From: an uncultured Gammaproteobacteria bacterium
GTDB lineage: Bacteria; Patescibacteriota; Microgenomatia; JALYQM01
Assembly (NCBI GenBank): GCA_964403585.1
Contig: CAYOFQ010000001.1
Location: 584,630-648,629, forward strand
Direction of reading: 5' to 3'
DNA length: 64,000 nucleotides
Position numbers and translations under genes: made by a program. Below, in pieces: positions 9,078 through 18,422 of this stretch. The notes under the pieces were generated by a model. That model saw only the letters and a list, made by a program, of their open reading frames with translations, did not search any database and was not told where the DNA came from. Within the stretch, counting starts at the first letter, position 1, and the number at the start of each line of letters is the position of its first letter.

Positions 9078-10334
9078 ATGATGTGCTACAGTAGCAAGAG
9101 AATGTTCAAAAAATTCACCATCCTCTCCATCGTTTTATTACTCATCGGACTTGGTTTGTACGTTCGTATTTATGCCGAGGATGAAACGGACGGCGAAAAT
9201 GTTCAGCAGCAGTATCAGGATGTTAAAAGTGAAATTGAACGATTACAAAAACAACTTAATAGTCTGCAGTCACAGGAACGAACCCTCAACAACCAGATCA
9301 CTCAATTTAATTCCCAAATCCAGGTTACCCAGTTACAAATAGTTGACACCCAGCAACAGATTCAGCAACTCCAGGCTGAAATAGTTGTACTACAATCTCA
9401 GGTGGATGGATTAGAAATCACTCTTGAGAAAGTCTCCGCCGTTATCGCCGATAGAGCCGTCTCAACGTATCAGCAAGGTGAGTTAACCCCACTCAAGCTA
9501 TTAGTCACTTCAAACGGTTTTGAAACCTTCGTTACCAAATATGCCTATGCATCATATTTACAGGACTATAACAAAAAAGTGTTACTCCAGATTCAGGAAA
9601 ATCAAAACAATATCAATGATAAAAAAATAGAGCTCGAGGAAAAGCGCAAGCAAATTGAAACCAAAAAGAAACAGCTTGAAGCATTGCGGTCAACACTCGA
9701 TGCGCAGAAAAAAGCGAAAGAAACGCTCCTTGCGGTAACAAAGAACGACGAAGCCCGTTATGCGAAGTTGTTGGAAGCCGCCAAATCCAAAGAACAAACA
9801 CTGGCCAAACTTATTTTCCGGGATGGCAAAGTTTCCTATTCCATGGGAATTTATGGATTAACCAAACAGGGTTCCGTTTCGCAGGGAAGTCGCATTGGTA
9901 CAATGGGAAACAGTGGATACCCCCGCTGCACCAACGCCGCTCATCTCCATTTTGAAGTAATGGAAAAGGCAACAATTACCAATGATGCTATTGGCGGAGA
10001 CCTACTAAATCCTTATGCCTACTTAAAATCAAAATCGGTTTCATTCTTCCAGGATGACAATTCTATTGGTGTTCAGCCCTTTGGAGCAGGCGGCTGGGAC
10101 TGGCCGTTACGTGATCCGGTTATCACCCAGCAGTTTGGAAAAACCCCCTGGTCCTCTCGGTATTTGGGAGGATATCACAGCGGAATCGACATGGTTGATT
10201 ACAATGACCGTGCAATTCGTGCCCCGGCGTCAGGAACATTATATTATGCTAAAGTAAACTGTGGATCCGCTATTAATATAGCCATTATCGATCATGGCAA
10301 CGGTGTGCTTTCAGACTACTTGCACCTGGAATAG
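9078..10334 (+). CDS. EnvC/PcsB-like coiled-coil peptidoglycan hydrolase with an M23 (LytM) domain in permuted motif order
   Basis: N-terminal TM plus about 230 aa of Q/L-rich coiled coil. HLHFEV motif at about residue 290, then GGYHSGIDM and IIDHGNGVLSDYLHLE at the C-terminus. Confidence 0.75.
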   Translation: MMCYSSKRMFKKFTILSIVLLLIGLGLYVRIYAEDETDGENVQQQYQDVKSEIERLQKQLNSLQSQERTLNNQITQFNSQIQVTQLQIVDTQQQIQQLQAEIVVLQSQVDGLEITLEKVSAVIADRAVSTYQQGELTPLKLLVTSNGFETFVTKYAYASYLQDYNKKVLLQIQENQNNINDKKIELEEKRKQIETKKKQLEALRSTLDAQKKAKETLLAVTKNDEARYAKLLEAAKSKEQTLAKLIFRDGKVSYSMGIYGLTKQGSVSQGSRIGTMGNSGYPRCTNAAHLHFEVMEKATITNDAIGGDLLNPYAYLKSKSVSFFQDDNSIGVQPFGAGGWDWPLRDPVITQQFGKTPWSSRYLGGYHSGIDMVDYNDRAIRAPASGTLYYAKVNCGSAINIAIIDHGNGVLSDYLHLE

Positions 10335-10335
10335 T

Positions 10336-10713
10336 ATGGCTACCATTTACCGCTCAATTCGTATTGCTCCGCTTATTATTTGGTCACTCGTAATATTCTT
10401 TGCTTCTTCTCAAGGTGCTGTTACTGTAGCGGAGGAGCAGGAAATCGATGTGTTGGTACATAAACTCGCGCACGTTGCCGAATACTGTATTCTGTATATA
10501 TTTTTCATAATCGCGTGCTACTCAACTAGGAAGAAATATCCGGTCCTCTCGTTGTGGGGGATAGTCTTTGTTTTTATCTTTGGCTTCTTCGATGAAATTC
10601 ATCAGAGTTTTACGCCGACCCGTTCTCCAAAGGTGTCTGATGCCTTCGTAGATCTGTTTGGCGGCTTTGTCGGGTACATCCTTACCAGAATCTATCCAAA
10701 AAAAAAGGAGTAG
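10336..10713 (+). CDS. VanZ-like membrane protein
   Basis: HKLAHVAEY...DEIHQSFTPTRSPKVSDAFVDLFGGFVGY matches the conserved VanZ-family motifs, with four TM segments. Confidence 0.7.
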   Translation: MATIYRSIRIAPLIIWSLVIFFASSQGAVTVAEEQEIDVLVHKLAHVAEYCILYIFFIIACYSTRKKYPVLSLWGIVFVFIFGFFDEIHQSFTPTRSPKVSDAFVDLFGGFVGYILTRIYPKKKE

Positions 10714-10749
10714 ATTTCGCTACTCCTTAAATTTTTTATTTAGACGATA

Positions 10750-11706
10750 TTAATAGTATTTCTTCTTCATCAGTGCAAAGACACCTGATATTGCAAGGGA
10801 CACAGCTCCGAGTATCGCAAACATTTGACCAACATTGATACCGGATTCAGGTAATGCGGTTGCATCGGCTACAGCCCGGTTGTCCGGTTCGGTGGTGGAG
10901 CTTGCCGCTGCGACCGGAGTTGGGGTCGGCGTTGCGGTTGTTGTTGGTGCCGGAGTTGGAGTAGGCGTCGGTGTAGGCGTATTTGATGGTCCTCCTACCG
11001 GAGGTGTACTGGTAGGTGACGGACTTGGCGTTGCTGTTACTGTCGGGCTCGGTGATGCTGTTACCGTAGGTGATGGTGAAGGCGTGTGCGACGGTGAAGC
11101 ACTTGGGCTTGATGATGGAGAAGCCGACGGTGATGGCGAAGGGGAACCGGTAGCACAATCTGCTGTTATATCAATTGTACCGGTATATTTCTCTTCGTGC
11201 ATGTTCCCATTCTGGGTGTATTTTACGGTAGCGGTCCAGGCAATCTTGTCACCTTTTTCTACCGGACGACTGAAGTTCCAGTTAAATGTTTTGTTAATAC
11301 TATTTCCTGGAGCCTGAGAAAGAAACGCTTGTTTTGGTGCTGTTTCCGTTCCATTAAGTTTTAAATCCAGATTAATCAGGAAGGGGACACTTTCGTTCTC
11401 ACGAACAATCGTACCACCGGTACAGGTACCGGTTACCGTCGGACGCCAGGCCAGTGTTGGTTGAACTTGGGTTAAGTCTTCAGTTTGCGTTTTGTTCAAA
11501 TTCTGATACGCAAACAATCCGCCGCCTACTGCAGCAATAAAGAGCAGTATAAATACTATTAATAATACCCTTTTACCGTCTCCTTTTGCTGGCGGCTGTG
11601 GAGGAAGCGGAGCGGCATGAATATTTGACGTACTCTCCGATGAAAATTTTGGAAGTTCAGCATTCGGTGGGGTAGGTGGAGAGGACGGAGAAGGTGAATT
11701 TATCAT
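10750..11706 (-). CDS. cell-surface protein with sortase sorting signal (LPESG-TM-KKKYY) and long Pro/Thr/Ser linkers
   Basis: N-terminal signal anchor, SPSPSAS/TPTPTP tracts, a C-terminal LPESG motif followed by a hydrophobic helix and a basic tail. Confidence 0.75.
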   Translation of the reverse strand: MINSPSPSSPPTPPNAELPKFSSESTSNIHAAPLPPQPPAKGDGKRVLLIVFILLFIAAVGGGLFAYQNLNKTQTEDLTQVQPTLAWRPTVTGTCTGGTIVRENESVPFLINLDLKLNGTETAPKQAFLSQAPGNSINKTFNWNFSRPVEKGDKIAWTATVKYTQNGNMHEEKYTGTIDITADCATGSPSPSPSASPSSSPSASPSHTPSPSPTVTASPSPTVTATPSPSPTSTPPVGGPSNTPTPTPTPTPAPTTTATPTPTPVAAASSTTEPDNRAVADATALPESGINVGQMFAILGAVSLAISGVFALMKKKYY

Positions 11707-11889
11707 AGAAAAATAGATGTCCTAAATACTAATACTTCTACGGTACATGCATTAACAAAGTGTTGTCAACACCTCTCATTTTTCACTATATCTTGACAAG
11801 GATTTTTTAAACATGTATAAGCGTAAAAGCTTCGTATAAATCTAATTAAATTGTACTTTTTATAACATCACGCTCAGTGAAAGGACCGT

Positions 11890-12504
11890 ATGGCTAACCG
11901 CGATTCAAACAATACTGTTAAAATTCTTTTAGGAGGCGTGATTGTCACAGCACTCGTTGTTGGCGGCGTATATTTCCTCAATAGTTCTAAAGGTTCAACC
12001 GCATCAACTTCCTCGTCCGGACAGGTAGCAGGCGTGCAAACCGATTCAAAAAAATCCGGCAATAATCCAAAAATAAACCTTAATAAAACATACAGCACCA
12101 TCGCACTCGATGTAACCGGTAAACCTTCAAAAAATAAAATAGACATGATTATTAAGAATGCCGAAAAAAGCCAGGACATTTTAATTAAAGGACAACCGGC
12201 AACCGCTAAGAACGGCAGTTCTTTTTTGGTAATGCAGGTGGATTTGCAAAACAGCACCAACGAACGCCTGATTATCTCACCACTTAATTTATTACGCTTA
12301 ATTGTTGACGGCCAGAAGCGCGCAGCTGAAATTTACACTGAAGAAGTTCCCCAAATTCGCGGTAGTGTCGTAGTCGAACCTGATTCAACAAAAGTAACAC
12401 GCGTTGGATTTGTATTAACACCTGATATTGTCAGCAAGGCACTTAAATTACAAATCGGTGATGTAAACGCCGCAGATAAAACAGTTATAGACCTAAAGTT
12501 CTAG
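11890..12504 (+). CDS. membrane-anchored extracellular protein (DUF4352-like beta-sandwich?)
   Basis: N-terminal TM then a Ser/Thr linker. No catalytic motifs. Confidence 0.5.
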   Translation: MANRDSNNTVKILLGGVIVTALVVGGVYFLNSSKGSTASTSSSGQVAGVQTDSKKSGNNPKINLNKTYSTIALDVTGKPSKNKIDMIIKNAEKSQDILIKGQPATAKNGSSFLVMQVDLQNSTNERLIISPLNLLRLIVDGQKRAAEIYTEEVPQIRGSVVVEPDSTKVTRVGFVLTPDIVSKALKLQIGDVNAADKTVIDLKF

Positions 12505-12568
12505 TTTAGAGTACAATAGATATGCGTTAAAATAAAAATAGTAGAGTAATATAGGAATCTGACAAAAT

Positions 12569-12757
12569 ATGGTCGACTTCTCTTCCAAGAAAGTATCAGA
12601 CGAAGTGATAGAACAAATAGCGGAAGCGTTAGAGAAGATTGATTATGGCAGTATAGAAATAATTATTCAAAATAAATGCGTCACACAGATAAGCACACGG
12701 GAAATAACCAAAACCAATCATCCCGTATTGGCGGCAGATATTAAAGGACCTCGTTGA
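12569..12757 (+). CDS. YezD/DUF2292-like small protein
   Basis: 62 aa with KIDYGSIEIIIQNKCVTQISTREI, resembling the YezD consensus (xxRYGSVxxxIQDGKVxQIxxxEKI). Confidence 0.5.
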   Translation: MVDFSSKKVSDEVIEQIAEALEKIDYGSIEIIIQNKCVTQISTREITKTNHPVLAADIKGPR

Positions 12758-12774
12758 TGAGGTCCTTTTTTTTT
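12745..12774 (+). terminator. rho-independent terminator (8-bp stem AGGACCTC/GAGGTCCT plus a T9 run) overlapping the stop codon
   Basis: Read directly from the sequence. Confidence 0.8.
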
Positions 12775-13476
12775 GATTAAACAAAATTAATGGTCAAGTA
12801 GAATTAATAAGCGCGGATGAGACTCAATGTACGAAGCTCAATTCGTCTTTGCGAAGACGAACTTCCGCCCTGGGCAACCGTTAATAATAACAGAGGTGGA
12901 GAGCAGGTAAACGATAAGGTAGGAAATCTAAAGCTTGTGAGACAAGCAAAACGAATGAGCGAGCGACTTTTAAGAAGCATCCGCAGGGAACCGAAGATCC
13001 GCACAGTATTGAATAATTTGAAACAGAATATAAATTTTTAATCCGATGAGCATTTACTCATTAGCTTATTTAAACGCACAACTAAAATATTATTTTGCAA
13101 TAGGGAGAAAATAACTACAATTAAATGAGAATATCCGCTTGACAATATTGCACAGATATTCTAAAAGTACAAATATAACATTCTAAATAAAGTAGAAGTG
13201 CCGACCGCACACGGAGGCAGTGTCTAAGTTTAATAGAGTTTTTATTAATTCTTTGTGAAACTTGAACACTGTCTTTTTTTTAGATGTGCAATTATCTCAT
13301 TATTGTAGAGTGCTATAAGTTCTGATATAGTAAAAATATAACAAAACAATATAGTAAAGATAGATATACTAAATAGAAAAAATATATCGAAATAAAAAAC
13401 TCAAAACTAAAAACATACAACTAAACAAGAGTCGGTATTTTTTAACAAATTTTTTTGGAAGGAGGTGAAAATAATA

Positions 13477-14745
13477 ATGAAAAAAGTTTTAGTTTCTTAC
13501 ACAACAGTAGCTTGTATGCTCGTTTCAGCTTTTGCTCCAGTAGCAACCTTCGCTGAAACAGTTGGCAACGTCGGCAACGGTGTTGATTCCAACAGCTCAG
13601 CTACAGTTAATTCAAACAACTCAACATCAGTTTCGCAGTCAAACACTGCAAACGTAACAAACACTATTTCTGTATCATCCAATACTGGCAATAACTCAGC
13701 TAACAGAAACACTGGAGGCGAAGTTTCAGTCAATACCGGAAATGCAGGAGCAAGTGTTGGTATCCAGAACATGGCTAACTCAAACGTAGCTAATGTACAG
13801 GGTTGCTGCACAAACGGAGGTTCTTCCTCAGTTTTGAACAGCGGAAACGGTGATTCATCTGATAACACTGCTAAACTCAACAAAAACAACACAACAGCAT
13901 TGGAACAGGCTAACGTCGCTAACGTAGCAAATTATGTAACTGTAGATTCAAATACAGGCCATAACTCAGCTAACCGAAACACAGGTTCCGGCAACGGTTC
14001 CGAAGTTTCAATCGACACCGGCAAATCAATCGTTTCACCAATCAGCATCAAGAATGCAGTTAATCAGAACCAGGCAGTAGTCGGCTCCGGTTTCGGAGGT
14101 GGCGCAGCTGGCGATTTAACTATCGGCAATGCTGGTAACGGTGTTGAATCAGACAATGATGCAGTTGCAAACCTTAACAACACAACAGTTGCATCTCAGT
14201 CAAACGCTGCTAACATTCTCAACTATGTTGACGTAGCTTCAAACACAGGGTACAACGATGCAAATCGTAACACCGGTGGCGACGTTATGATCGACACAGG
14301 CGATAGCTTAGTAGCAGTAGTATTAGACACCAAAGCAAACTCAAACGCAGCTTGGTTAGACAACTGTGGATGCGTAGGCGTAGGTGATCTTACTGTAAAG
14401 AACTTGGGCAACGGTGATTCCACAGACAACGACGCAACCGTCAACAAGAACAATACATCTGCTGCTTATCAAGCAAACGCAGCTAACGTTGCTAACTTTG
14501 GATCCTTCGATTCCAATTCCGGATACAACGAAGCAGACCGCAATACAGGTGCTGTATACGGTTGGTCAGATCCTTCAGTTGACACAGGTGTTGCTTACGC
14601 TGAAGTAGGTGCATCAACAACTGCAAATAACAACGTTTTGAATAACGGATATGTCACCATGACACCTCCTCCAGTATCAACAGGAACCGGTAATGGTTAC
14701 TGGTGGAATTGGGGATTTGGCTACAATGGCTCAATGTCCTACTAA
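13477..14745 (+). CDS. secreted Asn/Thr/Gly-rich repeat protein, four copies of a roughly 93-aa unit (candidate surface-layer/fibril protein)
   Basis: Strong SD GGAAGGAGGTGA plus ATG. Signal peptide ending ATFA. Repeat unit GNxGNGxxSxNxAxxNxNNTxxxxQxNxANVxNxVxVxSNTGxNxANRNTGGxVxxxTG. The 400-nt upstream leader is only about 25% GC. Confidence 0.7.
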   Translation: MKKVLVSYTTVACMLVSAFAPVATFAETVGNVGNGVDSNSSATVNSNNSTSVSQSNTANVTNTISVSSNTGNNSANRNTGGEVSVNTGNAGASVGIQNMANSNVANVQGCCTNGGSSSVLNSGNGDSSDNTAKLNKNNTTALEQANVANVANYVTVDSNTGHNSANRNTGSGNGSEVSIDTGKSIVSPISIKNAVNQNQAVVGSGFGGGAAGDLTIGNAGNGVESDNDAVANLNNTTVASQSNAANILNYVDVASNTGYNDANRNTGGDVMIDTGDSLVAVVLDTKANSNAAWLDNCGCVGVGDLTVKNLGNGDSTDNDATVNKNNTSAAYQANAANVANFGSFDSNSGYNEADRNTGAVYGWSDPSVDTGVAYAEVGASTTANNNVLNNGYVTMTPPPVSTGTGNGYWWNWGFGYNGSMSY

Positions 14746-15044
14746 TTCAAAGTTTTCCATACCTTTTGGGTTACTCCTGAAAGTGAAAGCAAGTAAGGAG
14801 TAACTCCAAGAGGAAGGAATTAAAATAAAGATTTTTATAAAGACCAGGAGAACCAAATCGCGTGGTCTTTATAAAGATTTAAGCTAATGTTAAATCTTCT
14901 CGTGCGATTATTTTCCGAGCGACTAAGGAGAGCATATAATGCTCGACGCAGAGCGAAGCGGGGAGCGGAGGAAAATATCGCAAAGAAAGATTAAAGAGAA
15001 TAAAAAGAAATCTATTATCTGCTATTCACTCATCGGGGGAACAA

Positions 15045-17375
15045 GTGAAAAAACTAATACATTCTGCAGTATCATTCATTCTGGTGCTCGCGTTAACATT
15101 CGCACCACTCAACACTGCTACTGTCGGGTATGTATATGCCGAAGACGCCACCCCTGCGCCTACCAGTGCCGCAGCAACACCTCAACCACCGGCAACGCCC
15201 CAGCCACCATCCTCAACACCAACACCTCCACCATCACCAGAAACACCAGCAACACCAACACCGAATCCTAACGTAGCAACACCAAAACCAGCAGCTACTG
15301 CCAAACCAGCCAAGACCGCAGCACCAAGTTCTGGTGCTACAACCAAACCAGCCGCAACTCCCGTATCAGCCGCAACACCAATTCCGGCAGTCAACAACCA
15401 GCCAAGCCCGACACCACTTCCTGATGCAATTGCTACCACTTCAACTGGTGGCGAAAACGGCAATAGTCAAACAGGTGACAGCACCGTTGTAACCGGCGAC
15501 GCTAATGTCAACGGATCACTCGTTAACGGTGTTAACAATAATGTCTCTGGTGGAAGCGCCGGAGGAGCTGGTGGAACCGAAGCAGGCAATAGTGGCAATG
15601 GCGATTCATCAAACAATAACGCTAACGCCAATAATAATACGTCTTCCGATCAGGCCTTAGCCAACAGCGCAGCATTATCCAATGATGTTGCTATCGGGGC
15701 CTTAAGTGGACAAAATACTGCCAGCCGCAACACCGGCGACGGCACAGTTGTAACCGGCGATGCCAATGTTGGCGTCACTGTTATTAATGGAGCCAATAAC
15801 AACGTCTCAGGTTTAGCCGTTAATCAGTATGATGTAAATGGTAATCAATCCGGAGATATTGTTCTCGGTTCAACCGCGGCTACCGCATCCTGCGGTGGAG
15901 CATCTGGATCAACCTGTTCGAATGGTGTCCTCGGTTCCAAAGCTTCTAACACCGGCAACGGCACCCAGTCAGATAACAATGCAACATCCAATAACAATTC
16001 CTCATCAGCTACAACCATGAGCAATGATGCCGATGTCGTAAACGACGTCGTTATCGACGCAGTAACCGGACGCAACAAAGCCGATTCCAACGTCGGATCC
16101 GGTAATGTTGAAACCGGCGATGCCAACGTCGCTGTAACCGTGCTGAACTTCTTAAATAACAATATTATCGCCGGAACCGTTGATGTCATTAATATCTTCG
16201 GAGACTATGTCGGCAACATCATCTTACCTGAATCCAAGCCGGCCACCGGAGTAGCAGGAAATAACGCTGCCGGAAACAACGCCGCAGGTAATCATGTCTC
16301 AGCTAACCGGGGCAATGGAGATTCATCAGACAACAACGCATCATCAAGTGCTAATTCCACAGACAACACCACGCAAACCAACCTGGCAGATATCAGCAAC
16401 GGCATCGACGTTAACGCCAATACCGGTAACAACGATGTGAAATCAAACACCAATGGCAGCAACAATGTCGAAACCGGTAACACCAATGTCAACGCCAATA
16501 TCTATAACGTCTCGAACGTCAACTCCAAAGACGGCGGATACATTGTACTTGTTAATGATCACGGTGTCTGGAAAGGAACAATCTACGGAGCGAACGGTTC
16601 AAGCGCCGGTTCTGAAGGAATCAACTTCACTGTCAATCCTGACGGCACCGTTGTTGCAGCAAATAATGGCAACGGCACTGCTTCAGATAACAACGCACAG
16701 GCCAACAGCAATACATCAACCAATACAACACAGACCAATAACGCCAAATTACAAAATAACATCACCGTTAACGCAGACACCGGTAACAACTCAGCCAGCC
16801 GCAACGTCGGAGGTGGTTCAGTTAAGACAGGTAACGTTAACGTCGCTGCCAGCATCATGAACTTCGTAAACAACAATTTTGTTGGCAAGACCTTCCGGGT
16901 AGTACTCGTCAACGTAATGGGTAAATGGAACGGCAATGTAGTGCCTCCTGGTCAGTCTGCACCTAGCCCGGCACAGGGAGGATCAAATACCGCAAACAAC
17001 ACGAATAACTCAGCAGTTGCCGGCGCATCAACCGAAGCCTCCAATACTCCTGCACCAACAGCATCAAGTGCACCACAACAAATCGCTGACGGTACCGTAC
17101 TCGGTAAAATGACTTTGAACAAAGTTGGCAGCGTACTTGGCGCCGCAACCAAGCAAGGTGCAGAGATTTCACTCAAAGACGGACACAAATACTTAGTTGA
17201 CGATACCCTCAACGTTCCAAACGACAAACCAATCGTCGCTGCAGCAGTTGGCGTTAACACTAAAACTAAAACAATCTTCAACTGGAATTGGTTACTCGCC
17301 GGCTTAGTAGTTGTTCCATTCGCCGGAATCTACGGAGTCCGCAGAATAAAGAATAAGAACAAAATTGCCGAATAA
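15045..17375 (+). CDS. large paralog of the Asn-rich repeat family with a Pro/Thr/Ala linker and C-terminal membrane anchor
   Basis: GTG start and signal peptide. An 80-aa PT/PA-rich linker, about seven repeat units of the same family, and a C-terminal hydrophobic helix plus RRIKNKNK tail. Confidence 0.7.
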   Translation: MKKLIHSAVSFILVLALTFAPLNTATVGYVYAEDATPAPTSAAATPQPPATPQPPSSTPTPPPSPETPATPTPNPNVATPKPAATAKPAKTAAPSSGATTKPAATPVSAATPIPAVNNQPSPTPLPDAIATTSTGGENGNSQTGDSTVVTGDANVNGSLVNGVNNNVSGGSAGGAGGTEAGNSGNGDSSNNNANANNNTSSDQALANSAALSNDVAIGALSGQNTASRNTGDGTVVTGDANVGVTVINGANNNVSGLAVNQYDVNGNQSGDIVLGSTAATASCGGASGSTCSNGVLGSKASNTGNGTQSDNNATSNNNSSSATTMSNDADVVNDVVIDAVTGRNKADSNVGSGNVETGDANVAVTVLNFLNNNIIAGTVDVINIFGDYVGNIILPESKPATGVAGNNAAGNNAAGNHVSANRGNGDSSDNNASSSANSTDNTTQTNLADISNGIDVNANTGNNDVKSNTNGSNNVETGNTNVNANIYNVSNVNSKDGGYIVLVNDHGVWKGTIYGANGSSAGSEGINFTVNPDGTVVAANNGNGTASDNNAQANSNTSTNTTQTNNAKLQNNITVNADTGNNSASRNVGGGSVKTGNVNVAASIMNFVNNNFVGKTFRVVLVNVMGKWNGNVVPPGQSAPSPAQGGSNTANNTNNSAVAGASTEASNTPAPTASSAPQQIADGTVLGKMTLNKVGSVLGAATKQGAEISLKDGHKYLVDDTLNVPNDKPIVAAAVGVNTKTKTIFNWNWLLAGLVVVPFAGIYGVRRIKNKNKIAE

Positions 17376-17397
17376 GCTAAGCAAAGAAGCGATATAA

Positions 17398-17425
17398 ATC
17401 CCCGTTTAAAAAGCGGGGATTTTTT
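17398..17425 (+). terminator. rho-independent terminator (ATCCCCG/CGGGGAT stem plus T5)
   Basis: Read directly. Confidence 0.75.
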
Positions 17426-17560
17426 GTAGTAGCTAATGTTTTATTCTTTTGCCATCAGCCGGCCGCTCAAGTGGGAGGCCATATCTAAATAAAGCTTCCG
17501 CCGTCAGGCTCATATTTTCACTCTTGACCATGCCGTAACGTCATAGTTTACAATCCACTC

Positions 17561-18337
17561 ATGAATAAACCAATTGAATTAACCGTTCATGAACTGGCAA
17601 CTCAAGCCCGTATTAGCGTCCGAACCCTTCATTATTACGATGAAATCGATCTGCTTAAGCCGGGAAAGGTGAAATCCAACGGGTACCGGGTGTACGGGCG
17701 TGAAGAGATGCTGAAGTTGCAGCAAATACTGTTCTTCCGGGAACTGGATTTTCCTCTGGATGAAATTAAAAGCATCGTTAATTCGCCAAAGTTTAATCCC
17801 CGTGAAGCGCTACGGGATCATCAGCGCATGCTGACGATCAAAAAAATGCGCATTGATGATTTATTAAAAACAATCGACGAAACCTTGAAAACGATGAAAG
17901 GAGGTGAACAAACTATGTCAAACGACGATAACAATTTATTTGGATCGTTCGATCCAAAACAGATGGAGGAGTATCAGGAAGAGGCCCGGCAGAAGTGGGG
18001 ACACACTGATATGTACAAACAAAGCCAGCAACGAGTTGCGAAAATGAGCAAAGACGACTGGAAACGTATCGGCGATGAAAGCGACAACATTTGCAAAGCA
18101 ATCGTTGCCAACATGGACAAAGGACCACAAAGTCCCGAAGTTCAGGAGCAGATCGACCGCCACTACAATTCATTGCGCAACTTCTACGAACCCAACTATG
18201 AAATGTATCGCGGATTAGGTGAAATGTATGTAGCCGATAAGCGCTTCACTGTTTTCTATGATAAGTATCATAAAGATCTGGCAAAGTTTATGTGCGATGC
18301 CATGGCGTACTATTGTGATACTCACGAAAATAAGTAA
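17561..18337 (+). CDS. MerR-family transcriptional regulator with a TipAS-like effector domain (Mta/TipAL-like)
   Basis: N-terminal MerR HTH (LTVHELATQARISVRTLHYYDEIDLLKP), coiled-coil linker, and a C-terminal TipAS-like region with conserved aromatics. Confidence 0.8.
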   Translation: MNKPIELTVHELATQARISVRTLHYYDEIDLLKPGKVKSNGYRVYGREEMLKLQQILFFRELDFPLDEIKSIVNSPKFNPREALRDHQRMLTIKKMRIDDLLKTIDETLKTMKGGEQTMSNDDNNLFGSFDPKQMEEYQEEARQKWGHTDMYKQSQQRVAKMSKDDWKRIGDESDNICKAIVANMDKGPQSPEVQEQIDRHYNSLRNFYEPNYEMYRGLGEMYVADKRFTVFYDKYHKDLAKFMCDAMAYYCDTHENK

Positions 18338-18422
18338 GCAATCTTAAAAGGTGCAGGGAAGTACAACCTGTACTTTTTAAGTATTGAAAAAGGTACAGTA
18401 AAAGTATAAGATCTGCTAAATT

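Noticed and set aside
10835-11317. 160-aa plus-strand ORF (and 103-aa minus-strand ORF) overlapping the sortase-substrate gene
   Set aside because: Artefactual G/V-rich translations of the antisense of the Pro/Thr/Ser repeat region.
14939-15271. 110-aa ORF overlapping the start of the 15045 repeat-protein gene
   Set aside because: Different frame over the real gene's signal peptide. Cys/Arg-rich junk translation.
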